A DNA stretch of 63,996 nucleotides, filler included, from Atractiella rhizophila (Eukaryota), in assembly GCA_021432655.1 (NCBI GenBank). It is 4 parts of 4 records of this genome, joined end to end, with 100 filler letters (N's around TTAATTAATTAA, not from the genome) between each part and the next. Parts side by side here need not be neighbours in the genome. Positions count along the whole stretch, not along the records: positions 1 to 23,611 come from MU271800.1; 3 more parts are not named here. One strand, 5' to 3'. Below are positions 1 through 13,187 of this stretch, one piece after another. The notes beneath the pieces were generated by a model. That model did not search any database and was not told the origin of the DNA. It saw only the letters and a list, made by a program, of their open reading frames with translations. The translations under genes and the position numbers were made by a program. Numbering within the stretch: position 1 is the first letter of the stretch; every line of letters starts with the position of its first letter.

Positions 1-2774
1 CTCCAGTTTCTTATTCGACATGGTACTCGGAATCGCAGGGCATTGCTCGATGATTTCTGGTACATGCCGTCTGCTGAGCTGCTGCTGAATCGCCTTTTGC
101 ACCATCTCCACCAAATCTTTGTCCAACCGCTTGTGCTCAGGCAGAACGACGAAGAGAGCGACGCGTTCGTTGTTATCTGCTGTCTTTTGGCCGACGGCTA
201 TTGAGTCGACGATCTCGTCACGGAAGTCCTTTTCGAGGATGTAATAAAGCCTGTACCATGGATGAGTGAAATTGCAAGAGGGAAGAGCAAACAGACTCGG
301 CGCTCCCAAACCGCACGCCGGATGGATTGAGCACTCCGTCCGACCGTCCAAGGACGAGAGTGCCGCCGGTGACAGAGTTCATGTAGACGTTGTCGTTCAT
401 GTTGAACACGGGGGATGGGAAGTCGGAGAAATAGGTCTCTTGATATCGTTTGCCGCCTTCATCCCCTGTCCCCGCATTCCTACTTGAGAATCCAGAGACA
501 GCGAGCGGGAAAGGACGAACCGACGAAGCCTACTGGCATATTTGGGAAGGCAGTACGAATGACCATGGTGCCTTCTTGATCGTATACCGGTTTGCCTGCA
601 ATGAATAAATGGTTGGATCAATATCGAGCTCTAGCATGCAAAAACACACTGTACCATTATCATCGAAAGCCGCCAGATCGATCCCCAAAATCGGCACTTG
701 TAACTCTCCTCGATAGACAGGAAGGGTATGAACGGAATGGAGCAACCCTCCTCCAATCTCCGTGCCGCCACAGTTATTGGACAAGAACGCATTTGGTACC
801 TAAGTTTCGAAAATTATCAGCTATCTCCCACTTCGGATGGGTTAAGGAGGAAGACGTGCCTCTCGAGCGATGTAATCGTAGACGTCTCCCGTTATTGGAG
901 CCCCAGTGGTATAAACTTGTTTCAGGGAGGAGATGTCGCGTTCTGCAGAGGGGACGAAGCGATTTCGAGCCAGCGATTGGATGTACCGAGGGGAGATTCC
1001 AAGTTGCGCTACCCTATCGCCGATAGTCAGAATTCATCCTGCAAAGTTAGAGGAAACGGACTTGTATTTCTCGACCAGCCTCCAGAGAACCTCTTGGGGA
1101 TGGAATGGCGAGCCGTCGTAGCACAACATGGTCCCTCCTGTGGCCAAAAAGTTGACAGAGAGGTTATAGACTATCCAACCCATCTGCGAAGCGCTGTGAG
1201 CATTTGTGATCTCGTTTAAATGGGGGAGGTAAGAGAGCGCACGGTAGAGAATTGGAGCACGGTGTCTCGATGGTCTAGGTTCATGTGGAGCATATTCGTC
1301 ATCTTCCTGCTCAAGAGTAGTCCCCCACCAGGTCCTAGGATCGATTTGGGCTTTCCGGTCGTCCCTAACCAGCCAATCGAGCCATCGAGTCAGCACATCC
1401 TCTTGCCGTAAAGGCGTAAAATGAAATGGTAAGGGGCGACGCACCGGAAGAGAAGACGATCCATATTGGCCAGCTGAAATCAGCCCTATGGAACTCGATA
1501 TTCTTCGGCGCGGCATTTCCTGATTTCAAGAAGGCATTCCAAGTTTGGGTCTACACATCGGAATTGAGAAAAGAGAAACGTCAGTTTCATCTTAAAGGCA
1601 CCATCAAGAGAAAGCGCACCTTTACCCCTTTGAATCCTTTCAAACTATCCGGCACAGGTTCGCGAGAAGGGACGAGGTGTCCGATGACGATGACATGCTC
1701 GATCCCTCCCACTTTGACAAGAGCGTCGACGACCTCCCTAGCGCGTTGCGATACGAGATGCTCCTTTCGTCCGTACCTGTACTTGTCGATGGTGAAGAGG
1801 ACCTTTGGCTTGATGATGGAGTATCGGTCGATGACTGCGTGGGATCCGAATTCTGCAGCATCCATCCATAAGTCGGAATCTCAGTTGCCGAGAAGGGAAG
1901 AGAAGGGGAAATATACGCACCGGCGGGTGTGGAACTGAAGATCGCTCCTACAGCTATCACGGCGAGATAGACGACGACCATCTCCACGTTCGACGCTCCA
2001 AAGGTGACGACTGAGTCTCCAGGCTTAACACCCAACTTCCTGAGCGCTACAACCGCTCTTCCAACCTATCCCCAATCCAACGTCAACAACACGTCTCTGC
2101 TTTCAGATATATAATGGATGGGGCGGCCCACTTGGTCATACAGCTCAGCCCAACTCACACGCCCCGTCTCAACAGGCTCGTGCGGAGATGAAGAGGATGG
2201 GTCGGGCTCGACGGTTCCTATTACGGCTGTGGCTGTTGGGGAGCGAGCGTTGGGATGGGAGAGGAGGAGATTTTCTGAGAAGCTGCAAGGGAATAATGTC
2301 AGTTCTCATGATGAAGGAGAGAGAGAAAACGAGGATGATGGCGCACTTGAAGGATGCGCCGGGGAACCACCGCTGTGGTTTGTTCATTGGTATCGACCTG
2401 TCGTGTGCTGGCTGTAATCGTCGAATATATGTAAGAAAGAGTTGTGAAGAAAAAAAAAGAGAGTGACGCACCCCGTTTCCTTTTGAGCCTACGAAGCCGA
2501 AGTAGTCCCAACAGTCGCTCCAGAACTCATCCGTCTTCTGCTCCCACCACCAAAGACATCAAATCAATCCCCCACACTTGTGATGAAGATTGAGACGCAC
2601 GGAAACGCTCCATCGATGGAGATCCCAATAGGATTTGAGGTCGTAAGCACGTCGAGCGTTGACCCATTTCCTAAACTTCTCGATGTGCGGCTCCTCCCCT
2701 TCGTGAGGACGTGGACCTCCCGGTGACCAGAAGAGGGGAGGAGTAGCTCGCTTGGCTGGATTGATGGAGGTCAT
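1..2774 (-). CDS. AACS: Acetoacetyl-CoA synthetase (acetoacetate-CoA ligase), multi-exon, 3' end runs off the window
   Basis: Spliced exons give MTSINPAK..YDLKSYWDLHRWSVS, GVKPGDSVVTFGASNVE..AVGAIFSSTPAEFG, IIKPKVLFTIDKYRYGRK, LFSSGTTGKPK (AMP-binding loop), GTMLCYDGSPFHP and LGRSDGVLNPSGVRFGSAE, all typical of AACS. Confidence 0.92.
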
Positions 2775-3191
2775 GTGATCGATACGTCACGCGTCGCGAA
2801 TATCTCTTCTGTCGCTGTTGTTGTTAGGTGGTATTGGCGGCTGGTGGTCGTCGGATGGTGAATGGAGGATGGAGGATGGAGATGGATCGGAGTGTTGATG
2901 GTTGATGCTTCTTTTAGCTGTAGTAGTGAGGCGCGAGTGCCGGCTGACGTGCCGGAGAACGCCGAGTGGAAAGCAAGCCTCCGGCGTTTTAGTTCGTCCA
3001 CGGTGTTCTGCTCTCGCTTTCGATTTGGATTGTCGGCTATATTATCGGTGTTTTGTTGTGCCGTGGCAGGCGTTTCGTAGGCAGGACATTTAAGATGTCG
3101 CACTCTCTCCATCCGTCCCTTCACCATCTACATCTACCTTATACTTACATCAGCCATTGTCAGCCACCACGGTAGAGTAGAATAGAAGACC

Positions 3192-6100
3192 ATGTCCCCA
3201 GTCGCCATCGATTCTCCCTCCTCTTCGAACGTTACATCCATCAACGGAGCGATCTCCGCCCTCAAATCAGCCCTCCCAAAGCCCATATCAAACATCTCCA
3301 ATGGCGTCAACTTGAACTCGAATGTGAACGGAGCGCAGAGGCTTGACTTGGAGAAGGAACATTCGATCATACCCAGCTTCGTAGCTGACGACCTACCCGT
3401 CCATCCCTCGAGAAAGGCGAACCCGCCAAAGGTCAGCTCGAGCGATGAGGTGTTTGGTCCGAGACATCCTTCTTCTTCGTCAGTCTCCTTCCTTTCCTCT
3501 TCTGTCCATGTTCTTTCTGTTCTGATGACATGGATATTATTGTTGGTTTAGGTATCAGATGCTCCCTCAACCGCTTGGTCAGAGGCGCCCCTTAAAGCTC
3601 ATATATGTAGGAGGCGGTGCGAGTGGCATCAATATGGCCTATAAGGTCAAGACGCACCTCAAGGATGTCACGTTGACCTGTTATGAAAAGAATGCTGGGT
3701 TGACTGGAACCTGGTTTGAAAATAAATATCCTGTAAGCCTCTTCTCTTGTTTCCTCCCTTCATGAGCAATCAGTTACTTCCTTACACTTTGAGATTGTTC
3801 TCCCAAGTTCATGAGGAGCTGAGGATTTAGCCGCTTGAGAGCCGTTATTCTCATTAACTAGTAGAGTTAGTGATATCTCACGGTACCAATTGTTCATTGT
3901 TCCACATTCATGAGCAGCCACTTGTTTGCCTTTTAAGCTTTCAGTGGAGTGGTAGGGATCCTATTTCTATGAGTTCAGCAGGTGTTAGTTATTCAGTTGT
4001 GAAGAGTTGGTTTCACACGGCTGATAGAGCTGTTGGTAACTCTCCGTGGCTGAGAACCCAGTTGTTCCTTCCGAGGGTGTGATGATGATGACTTGAGGAG
4101 TTGTTTATTCCCGATAATCGCGGGAAGACTCCTCTTTTGCTCCAAAGGATTGACCATGCACCGAATAGGGATTTAATTTGATTGCTGAACAGATGATGCT
4201 TCTATTTGATGTCACAAGGGGGTAGTAAGTTCCTAGAATTTATCCAGGGCTACTCATTCTCTATGATCGTCTGTTGGCGATCTTTGTGAGAAGTTGGTTA
4301 TCTTATTTGAAAGCATGAAGAGTAGACATTTGTGACATTGAGAGACTGCGAACAAACAACTTCTTACTCGATTTCATTGGAATCAGGGATGCGCATGCGA
4401 TATTCCCTCCCACACCTATCAGTTCACATGGGCGCTCTACCCAGACTGGCCCTCCTAGTATGTCCTCCACTCGTCATCTCCTTCATGCGCTCATTCATGA
4501 CAGCTATTCGACCTCCGACCAAATTCAAGCCTACATGGAAAAGGTCGTCGACGACTTTGACCTCCGAGGATACTTCAAGACCTCACACGAAGTCGTAGGT
4601 GCTCGTTGGGACGCAGAATCCTCGCATTGGATTGTGAAGGTCGTCTCGGAAGGGAAGAGGGAGGAGGCTTTTGAAGACTGGTGCGACTTCTTTATCAACG
4701 GTTCCGGTACGCCATCGTCTCTTTTTTTCATCCATTTCAAGTGCAAGAAGGTTGATGGAAGCTTGGTAGGGCTGTTGAACGCCTGGAAGTGGCCTGATAT
4801 CAAAGGTCTCCATGACTTTAAGGGAAAACTCACCCATACTGCAGCGTGGGATCGGTCCATTTCGCTCAAGGGAAAGAAGGTCGCCTTGATCGGAGTCGGA
4901 TCCTCAGCAGTTCAGGTGCTCCCTAACATTCAGGGAGAGGTGGAACACGTCTATCACTTCATCAGATCCAAGACTTGGATCACACCCTCTTTTGCGGCTA
5001 AGTACGCTGGACCTGGAGGGAGCAATTTTGATTATGACGAGGAGAGGAAAGAGGCGTTTAGGAAGGATGAGGTCAAACATCGGGAGTAGTATGTTTTCTT
5101 CGTCCTTCGCTTGTAAAGCATTTGCTGATTGGTCGATGCAGCATCCAGAATATCGAGTTCGAACTGAACAAGCGTTGGAAATTCGTCATTAAGGATTCAG
5201 AGGCGCAAAAGGAGATCTTCGACTTTTTCAAGAAGGAGATGATAACTGCTTTAAACGGCAGACAAGATCTAATCGATATCCTTGTCCCCGATTTCGCTGT
5301 CGGTTCGTCTCTCCTCTCTCCATCAAACTTCTCTGTCCACATACTGATTTTCATTGGTGCATGGGTAGGTTGTCGTCGTCTCACACCAGCCCCTGGGTTC
5401 CTTGCTGCTCTACAGAAAGAGAACGTGACACCTGTGACAACTGGAATCGAGCGTGTGACGGAGAAGGGGGTGATGGATAGGAATGGAAAGGAGTACGAGG
5501 TGGACGTGATCATCTGCGCGACTGGCTTCGACATCTCTTTCAAGCCTCGGTTTCCATTACTTGGGACAAAAGGCGTAGACCTGAGGCAGGTTTGGAAGGA
5601 TAGGGCAAGGGCTTATCAGAGCATGTTTGTTCCTGGATTCCCCAATTATCTCGGTACATTCCACGTCTTTCCTTTTCTTCTCCGTGTCCTGATGAGATCG
5701 TTTGTTCAGTTGTCATGGGTCCTGGCTCGCCTTCTGCTCACGGTGCACTCATCCCTTCGACGGAACACGTCTCGGACTACGCGATAAAGGTCCTTCACCG
5801 TTTACAGACTGAACCGATAAAAACAATCGAAGTAAAGCAAGACGTCGTGGATGAGTTGTACGAACATGCACAAGAACAATTGAAAACTACGGCGTGGGCT
5901 AGCACTTGTAGTTCTTGGTTAGTCATCCTTGTTCTATTCCTCCGAGTTCGAAGGGATTGATGGATGTTGGATGGACAGGTTTAAGAACGGTAAACCAGAT
6001 GGGCCTCTCGATTCATTGCATCCTGGCGGAAGGCTCCATTATTTCTCCACACTTCAGAACCCACGGTGGGAAGGTACATTTTCCTTTCTTCATCCTCAGT

Positions 6101-6314
6101 CTGCGCGAGATTGATAATTTGCTTCGTTACAGACTTCAATTATATCTATTCGAACAACCGTTTCGCGCACTATGGGAATGGTTTCACACTTCGCGAAGTG
6201 GAGGAGAGGGATATCGTAAATTCTTCGTTTTCTCATGCACAAGACGCTTCTGATGCCGCTCCACAGACATGGTATTGGAAGACTGGCGAGAGGTTAAAAC
6301 TCTTCGATTATTGA
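3192..6314 (+). CDS. Type I Baeyer-Villiger / FAD-NADPH monooxygenase, multi-exon
   Basis: GGGASG Rossmann motif; GTWFENKYP|GCACDIPSHTY across intron 3733-4386; BVMO fingerprint FKGKLTHTAAWD; second Rossmann motif GVGSSAVQ; GCRRLTP; IICATGFD. Confidence 0.92.
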
Positions 6315-6945
6315 TTGTTGACGCCACTTTGTTTGAATGGACTGCATTCGAGACGGTGTAGAAAGGTACATATATGTAGTATGTAGAGGCTAGAACTCAC
6401 GCTATGCTTATACTTTTCACTCTATGCATGTATTCCTCGCACTGATATTGAAAATATAATGCGAATTGCGACTCATGTCTCATCCTACGTGCGTCAGTTT
6501 TCGAACGAACCGATAAATCTAAAATAATGAGTGAAAGACCCAGGTTCTACATTATGGCCGTAAGGACCATGAAACTCTCAGCTACCTCTCGGCGCGAATC
6601 TCGCTGTTTGGAAGCTGACTTGAAAATATGGCGCGAAGCTGCTTTGATTCCTGCCCGTTTATCATAGAAACATGGCAGTGATCCGTCAGAAGACAAAACT
6701 GTACCTTGTCATGCAAGTCGCTTCTTCCACTTCTTTGACTTACCCCTTCCAGTTCTTATCAGTGCTCTTGCTTGTTGTCCTTGTAAAGGATGGCCCAAGG
6801 GTAAGGAAAGGTGTTAATGCTGGTCCTTTTTGCACAAAGGGGGAAAGATAAAGGGAACGTTTGATGAAGGTATAAAATGACTGCTCCTCTCTCCTGCTTC
6901 TCCAAGTCCACGCAGAATCACTCATTACAGTCATCATTCTACCAA

Positions 6946-7673
6946 ATGTCTTGGCACTTCTTTGTTGTTCAGTATCGCAAGAGTTATTTGTTCAATTCTC
7001 GAACTGGGATGACAACTTTTACGGACTTTCATCATGCCATATTCATGCGAGAGACCAACGAAGTTACAAGCGAAGGAAGGAGCTTCGAAATTACCGGAAA
7101 GGAAGGCTATTTCCGGTTCAAAGAGTAGGCTGATGATCCTGCTTCCTCATACTTAATACTAACAATTCTTTTTCCAGGCACAATGTGACCCCCACTCATA
7201 CGCAACGTTTCATGGGTTCCTTCTACATAGGTGAACTCAATGAACCTGATATTCCGAGAGACCAAATGCTTGGGACTATTTCTGGCCTACTCAATGCAGT
7301 GGATATCGTGAGGATTTCGAGAAACAACGGTAGCTATTCTTTATTAGCTCGGGCCCTGAAACTAATCCGCTTTCTTGTAGAGTGGAATTGTCAAGATTGG
7401 ACTTGGGATGCTGCCAAAACAATTCGTGAGCTGATCATAGAGGTTGAAAGGAAGAGGAACGGCACAATCCTTGCGCCTCTGGATCTCGCTGTCTACCAAC
7501 ATCAACTGATTGAAGCTGCGAAACTAGAGATTGAGAAAGCGAAAGACGACGCAGAAGGTAGCAACGATGCGGAAGGGAATGACGACGCAGACGCGAGAGA
7601 CGATGCAGAAGCACTGAACGTCGCAGAGATTGAGGTCGGGATCGGTTCAGGTCTCAAGGGTTTAAGACCTTAA
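6946..7673 (+). CDS. Uncharacterised fungal protein with HHAIF...WNCQDW motifs and an acidic tail (3 exons)
   Basis: TATAAA at ~6871, ATG at 6946; two short GT-AG introns join ORFs 6877-7128 and 7185-7673 in frame. Confidence 0.6.
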
Positions 7674-8139
7674 GTGTGCGTAAAGGCGTGGTATTAGTTA
7701 CTCTTGTGTATTATAGGCAAACAAGTGATCAATTCAAATTCTAAAACAACACAGAAAACAGTTCTGGAAGAGTGCCCACGTGACGTTTGTAAAGTAACGA
7801 AGTTCTTGCATGGCAGAAAAGCACCGACCACTAGGACCGCTCTCTCAAAGGTCGGCTAGAACCTTTTTCCCTCTTGGTAGCTCGCATAACCCCTGGTCAA
7901 AGCTGCGGAGCCTCGAAACTAGTCAGAACCGAAGAACAGTTTGGACAGGTAAGTAAGTGTGCTGGTGTGGACAAAAGGAAGAACACAACACGTTCGCATT
8001 AATTTAGACTTTAGGTTCTAGGTTAAGTTGATACCTTTGAACGCAACTTTCAGACAAAGGAGCCTGGCACTGAAGTAACCCTAAAGTCACTCTTACTCCA
8101 ACCCACCCTGTCTGATATCGATCAATTCTCACTTCCACC

Positions 8140-9238
8140 ATGCACCGCAATATCAATGGAGTTCCAGTTACATTCAAAGATACTTCTTGGATCCTTCCTG
8201 AAGTCATGAACTCTGACTACACTCCGTCACCAACTTGGTGGGCCTACTTTCCCAAATTTCAACGCCTTCGAAACCGGATTCGAGTTTGCCTCTTCAAATT
8301 ACGATGGAGGTTGGCAGTTTTGCTTTACGGTCGGAGACGGCTTGGTTCCGATCCCAAAGACACTCTTGATCATCGATCTACATCATTTTTGGGATGTGCT
8401 GGCGCCTATCGGTTGGACCCATGGACATGTGTCAAGTTTTGTTATGCCAGCGAATCGGAACCACCTCCGCTCGAGGCTCTCAATATGACTTTTGTGCGCC
8501 GTCACACAAACATCCCCCTCCCTACGGTCCACAGCTTTTTCGAGATTGGCGTGGTGGAAACGTTCAGTCACAGACGGCGACAGTATGCGCTTATCATGGA
8601 GTTTATGCAAGGGCAAGTACTTCAGCACGCCCGTAAAAACTTGAGCAACCTTCAGCTCAAGAACATAACGCAACAGCTCCGGACGCACATCCACAGTCTT
8701 CGTTCTATCCCGCGATTTACAAGTGCGGCGGTTTGCTCAATTGTCGGAAGTCGGTGTCATGACACTCGACTTGATGGTACATTTCTCCCCCTGGAAGTTG
8801 AATTTGGGCCATTTCATTCTGTTTCCGCTTTCCACGATTACATTTTCGAGAGAGCCACATGGGCCATGAAAGCGTCGAAGTACCCGATTCCAGAAGAAGC
8901 GTTCAAAGCTCGAGAAACCTTTCCGGACGACGCAAAGGTTGTTCTTTCGCACGGAGATCTGTCACCTCACAACATTTTGGTGGATGGCGACGGAAATGTC
9001 GTCGGAGTCATTGATTGGGAGAACTTTGGATTCTGGCCAGAGGTAAGGTTGTCTGCCTGGTTTTCGCGAGATGTAACTGAATTTTGATAAGTGGTGGGAG
9101 TATCAGAGAGCGATGTACTATTGGTACGGCGTGAGAGGTTATTGGGACAAAATCTTCAACAATATTTTCCAGGATTACAGGAAGGAGACTGAAGCTTACG
9201 GAGTAATGCAGTCATATGCTGGGGGGATTTACATTTAA
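8140..9238 (+). CDS. APH (aminoglycoside phosphotransferase)-like kinase, copy 1
   Basis: EALNMTFVRRHTNIPLP, ALIMEFMQG, Brenner motif SHGDLSPHNILVD, IDWENFGFWPE|WWEY across a 50-nt intron; stop TAA at 9236-9238. Confidence 0.88.
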
Positions 9239-10767
9239 AGGTTCATTCTCCTGTTTACGGGCGATATTGTGAAATCTCTTGGAGCAGAACATATGATGCT
9301 GATAGATAAAACAAATCGGCAATGGCTATCCTGCCAATCAAGTTGTAGCGATGTATAGATGGCTGAAGCCGAATCGATGGAATTCCATCCTTGCTCATCA
9401 ACCCAAAGATTTATTGAGAACTTGTTTACCACTGCATTTCGTGGCCCCAAGATTAGGTCTTTGAATTTGAGGGAAGGCATAAAGGACTGTGGAACAAAGC
9501 AAATATCAAAAGGCAACAGGATTACAAAGAATTTCAAAGACATCATGCAACGAGTCGGAGTGAATAGCGAAGCTTTCCGTGCGAGTTCCGCGCAAAATTC
9601 TACACGAAAGATGATAAAGTCACAAGCCCGTTGTTTGATGAACGGTCTAAATAACCTGACACCACAAATCATTCCTTCGAACTTACAGGCCCTTGTTGCA
9701 CAAAGGGATCTGAGTTGGTTCCCTCCGTTGCACTGGGAAGCGACTGACTGGCATTATTTGCTAAATCTTGATGCGCACAAAGGCTTCCCACTCGTAGTAA
9801 ACATAAAAGCATGCTCTGGATTGGCCTCTAAACACAAATCTTGAGTGAAAAATCAAGGGAAAATATCCAGACGTCAAAATGCCTTGGATCAACTTACACC
9901 CACTTTACTCGAGCAGGCTTACCAAATCTAAGAGATGGTTCGTTCCCCTTGCACTCGTAACATATAGTTGAACATCGTGGACTTGGTAGGGTCGCCCGGA
10001 AAGCGATGATCGCCATGCCTAGCGGCGAGATACATGATCCGAATTTACACCCTCACTATGAAACTGATGATGCCCCATTATACCCTTGGACCTCTTCCAC
10101 CTTTCCAAGGCCAAAGGGGAGCCAACACGATCAACAGCTCCGATACCGCGTCCAAGAAAAGTGCAGAAGCCAATTCCGGGCAGATCCGACTGCAGGCAAC
10201 CAGTACGGTTTTCGGGAGGGTGTGGAACCCATTTATGGCCCGGAAAGGCCTCGAAGCAATCTGCATTGTAAGTAATTCTTTCCTCCTCCACGTAATTGAC
10301 GATGCATCAATGGTGGTCAGCCCGCAGTATAATTCAACGAAACATCCGTGTTTTTCCACGCTTGGGGAGATGGGGTTGAAAATATGTTCCTCTTGAACAA
10401 TAGTGTACCACCGTGATGAACTGTGGAAGGAAGAATTGCCATGAAAGTCCTGTGATCACGTGAAGTGCAACATTCATCTGCTACCGCTAATCTACCACTA
10501 GTATCTTCAAAACTGCTAATTGGCTTACAAGCCTTGTGGCCATCCGCTGCATAGCGTATCATCACAAGTAGCAAATTTCAAGTGAGTGCCGTAACAATGC
10601 CGTGAGTCATTTTCGCATTTCGCATGATGCAATCACATAACTTTCCATGATGCAACCCAGCAGAGAGTTTCATGTAGTTCGATTCATTTTAGATAGGCCT
10701 GCGCGGATCTTTCTCGTTCGGATAGCGTATATAAATGGTAGATGATAGCGGATACGTACCAAGAATC

Positions 10768-11417
10768 ATGATGGTCGACACATCGTATGGCCCAAACTCT
10801 TTTCTGGAGAATCAGTTTCTAGAGAGTCCAAAACGCAAAAGAAATGTAAGTATTCCAGTCACGTCTTCACTACGTCTATTAATTTATCAATAGCAACCAG
10901 AATGCAATGAACGACGGCGACAGCAAACGGCATTCCTGGGGAAGAAAGGTGAGCTAGCCTCCAAGTCTGCCTGATGTATATCCAATATTTTATAGGCATT
11001 GTTTGGCAGCGACGTGACGGGGTGCCTATTCTGGGGTCGAGGAGAGTGCGCCGGGTGCTTCTAGCAGCCACCTTTCCGGAATTTTACACGACACATGAGG
11101 TGGACGCCTTGCATAATCTGTTGGACGAAGCGTGGACGGCAAGATGTGACTTCTTTGGAGAGACAAACAGCGTTCCGCGTCGTCACCGTCTGATGTGGAA
11201 CTGTACAGAAGGACAGTTTGAGTCCATTCGATGGGTTGGTTCTCGTTCGAGGGACATGTTTGGTGTGTCTCCATGGTGGGCTGGCGGCATCATTTATGGA
11301 TTATTAAACGAAATGCCTCAAGAATACCATGAGCACATTGGTGCTTACCTGGAGGTTGAAGCGGTGATTCACATAGTGGATCGAGTCCCAAAAACATCAA
11401 CATCTGTACTGCGATGA
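10768..11417 (+). CDS. Hypothetical protein (3 exons)
   Basis: TATATAAA ~10728, ATG 10768; introns gtaagt..caatag and gtgagc..ttatag keep the frame into ORF 10974-11417. Confidence 0.55.
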
Positions 11418-11823
11418 AGCACATAACAAATGAACGTCTGCAAAAAACCAAAAGCACGTTATTGTAGGAAAGATGTCCAAAAGCGAAACCTGGTTTACAA
11501 TAAAATAGAGCCCCTTGTGATGTTTATTCGTTTGTGAACGCCCGAGAAGTTTACGTCCAGACCTTGAGGCTACGATATCAACGATGTTGCCCTCTAGCAT
11601 GTTCGTTCGATGATATTCGGATCGTTCGGAGTCTCAGAGGTCTACCACGCCTTCTACCACTTGGATGTGATACATATGTGATACATGTGATACTTTACTA
11701 CTGACTTGAAACAGAACCACCAGTAACACCGTGACCCTGACCTCACAGGCCGAAATATGAAATGGTGGAGACGATTTTCTCAGACCACGAAAAGATAGTA
11801 TTCATTTGTCTCGGGGCCTGGTT

Positions 11824-12853
11824 ATGAACGTTGAGTGGATACAGACATCAACATGGTTGACTCGCCTGCCCTTATTTCAACGTCTTCACAACTGGTTTTT
11901 AGTCTCCCTCTTTAAACTGCGATGGCAGTTTGCAGTCTTCCTTTACGGTCGAAGAACGGTTACTTCTGATCCAGGAGCAGGAACAACTTGGGATCGTCGA
12001 AACACTTCATTTTTGGGATGTGCTGGCGTTTATAGATTAGACCGGTGGACATGCGTCAAGTTTTGTTTTGCGCGGGGATCTGAGCCACCTCCGCTCGAGG
12101 CTCTCAACATGTCTTTTGTACGCCGTCACACCAATATCCCCCTCCCTAAAGTCTACAGCTTTTTCAAGTCGGCGTGGTGGAGACCTTTAAATGGCGACAG
12201 TATGCACTTATCATGGAGTTTATACCGGGGCGAAATCTTTGTGTAGCCTGTAAAGACTTGAACTATGGTCAGTTGAAGAAGGTGTCGCAACAAGTCCAGG
12301 AGCACGTTCAGAGTCTTCGATCTATTCCTCAATTTACCAGCCCGACAGTATGTTCAGTTATCGGGACTCGGTGCCATGATACTCGTCTCGATGGCACATT
12401 CCTTCCACTTGAAGTTGAATTTGGGCCGTTTCATTCCGTGTCCGCTTTCCACGATTATATTTTCGAGAGGGCGACTTGGGTCATGAAAAAATTGAACGCC
12501 CCAATCCCAGATGAGGCTTTTGAAGCTCGAAAAGTCTTTCCCGACAATGCAAAAGCCGTTCTCTCACACGGAGATTTGTCGCCTTTCAATATTTTGGTCG
12601 ACGACGATGGAAATGTGGTTGCAATCCTGGATTGGGAAAACTTTGGATTTTGGCCAGAGGTAAGATGTCATTCATCCCATGAGACAGAGTAACCGATTTA
12701 GGAAAGTGGTGGGAGTATCAGCGCGCAATGTACTATCGGAGCTACCTGAGTGGTGATTGGGACAAAATTGTCGAATCTATGCTCTCCGGATATGAGAAGG
12801 AGACTCAGGCCTATGAAATAATGCAATCTTATGCTGGTGGAGTAAGCATCTAA
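11824..12853 (+). pseudogene. APH-like kinase, copy 2, with a 1-nt frameshift at ~12167 (pseudogene or sequencing error)
   Basis: Colinear with copy 1, same intron position and SHGDLSPFNILVD motif. Copy 1 reads ttc gag att ggc where this copy reads ttc aag tc ggc. Confidence 0.8.
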
Positions 12854-13187
12854 TGGTCCTTTAGCTGTATCAGAGTCTCCAGCAATACGATGTCTTTCTG
12901 ATTTAGAATTGATATCGCAACTTTTCTATCTCATGTTTATCTGAGTCTCAGCATGAGTCTTTTTCCACATAAACATCCTGGTCTCGATGGGAAGAAGAGA
13001 AGATGCATTGCAACGGGCGGTCAGATTGTGGTACTTACTTCAGACTCAAACTCAAACAAAACAAATCAGCAGTTAAAGCACTGCAGACGTAAAGCAGAAG
13101 AAGGGATAACTCGTATATGATAGGATATCGATATCGTACAACATCATAATTTCGCCTTGGAATCACGGCAGCTGAACGCATGGGGGG

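Noticed and set aside
9300..10600. Overlapping medium ORFs between the APH kinases, possibly a transposon or viral relic
   Set aside because: No recognisable motif, terminal repeat or consistent splice pattern; cannot be supported.
11665..11693. TGTGATAC x3 upstream of APH copy 2 as GATA sites
   Set aside because: GATAC is not the HGATAR consensus; more likely local slippage.
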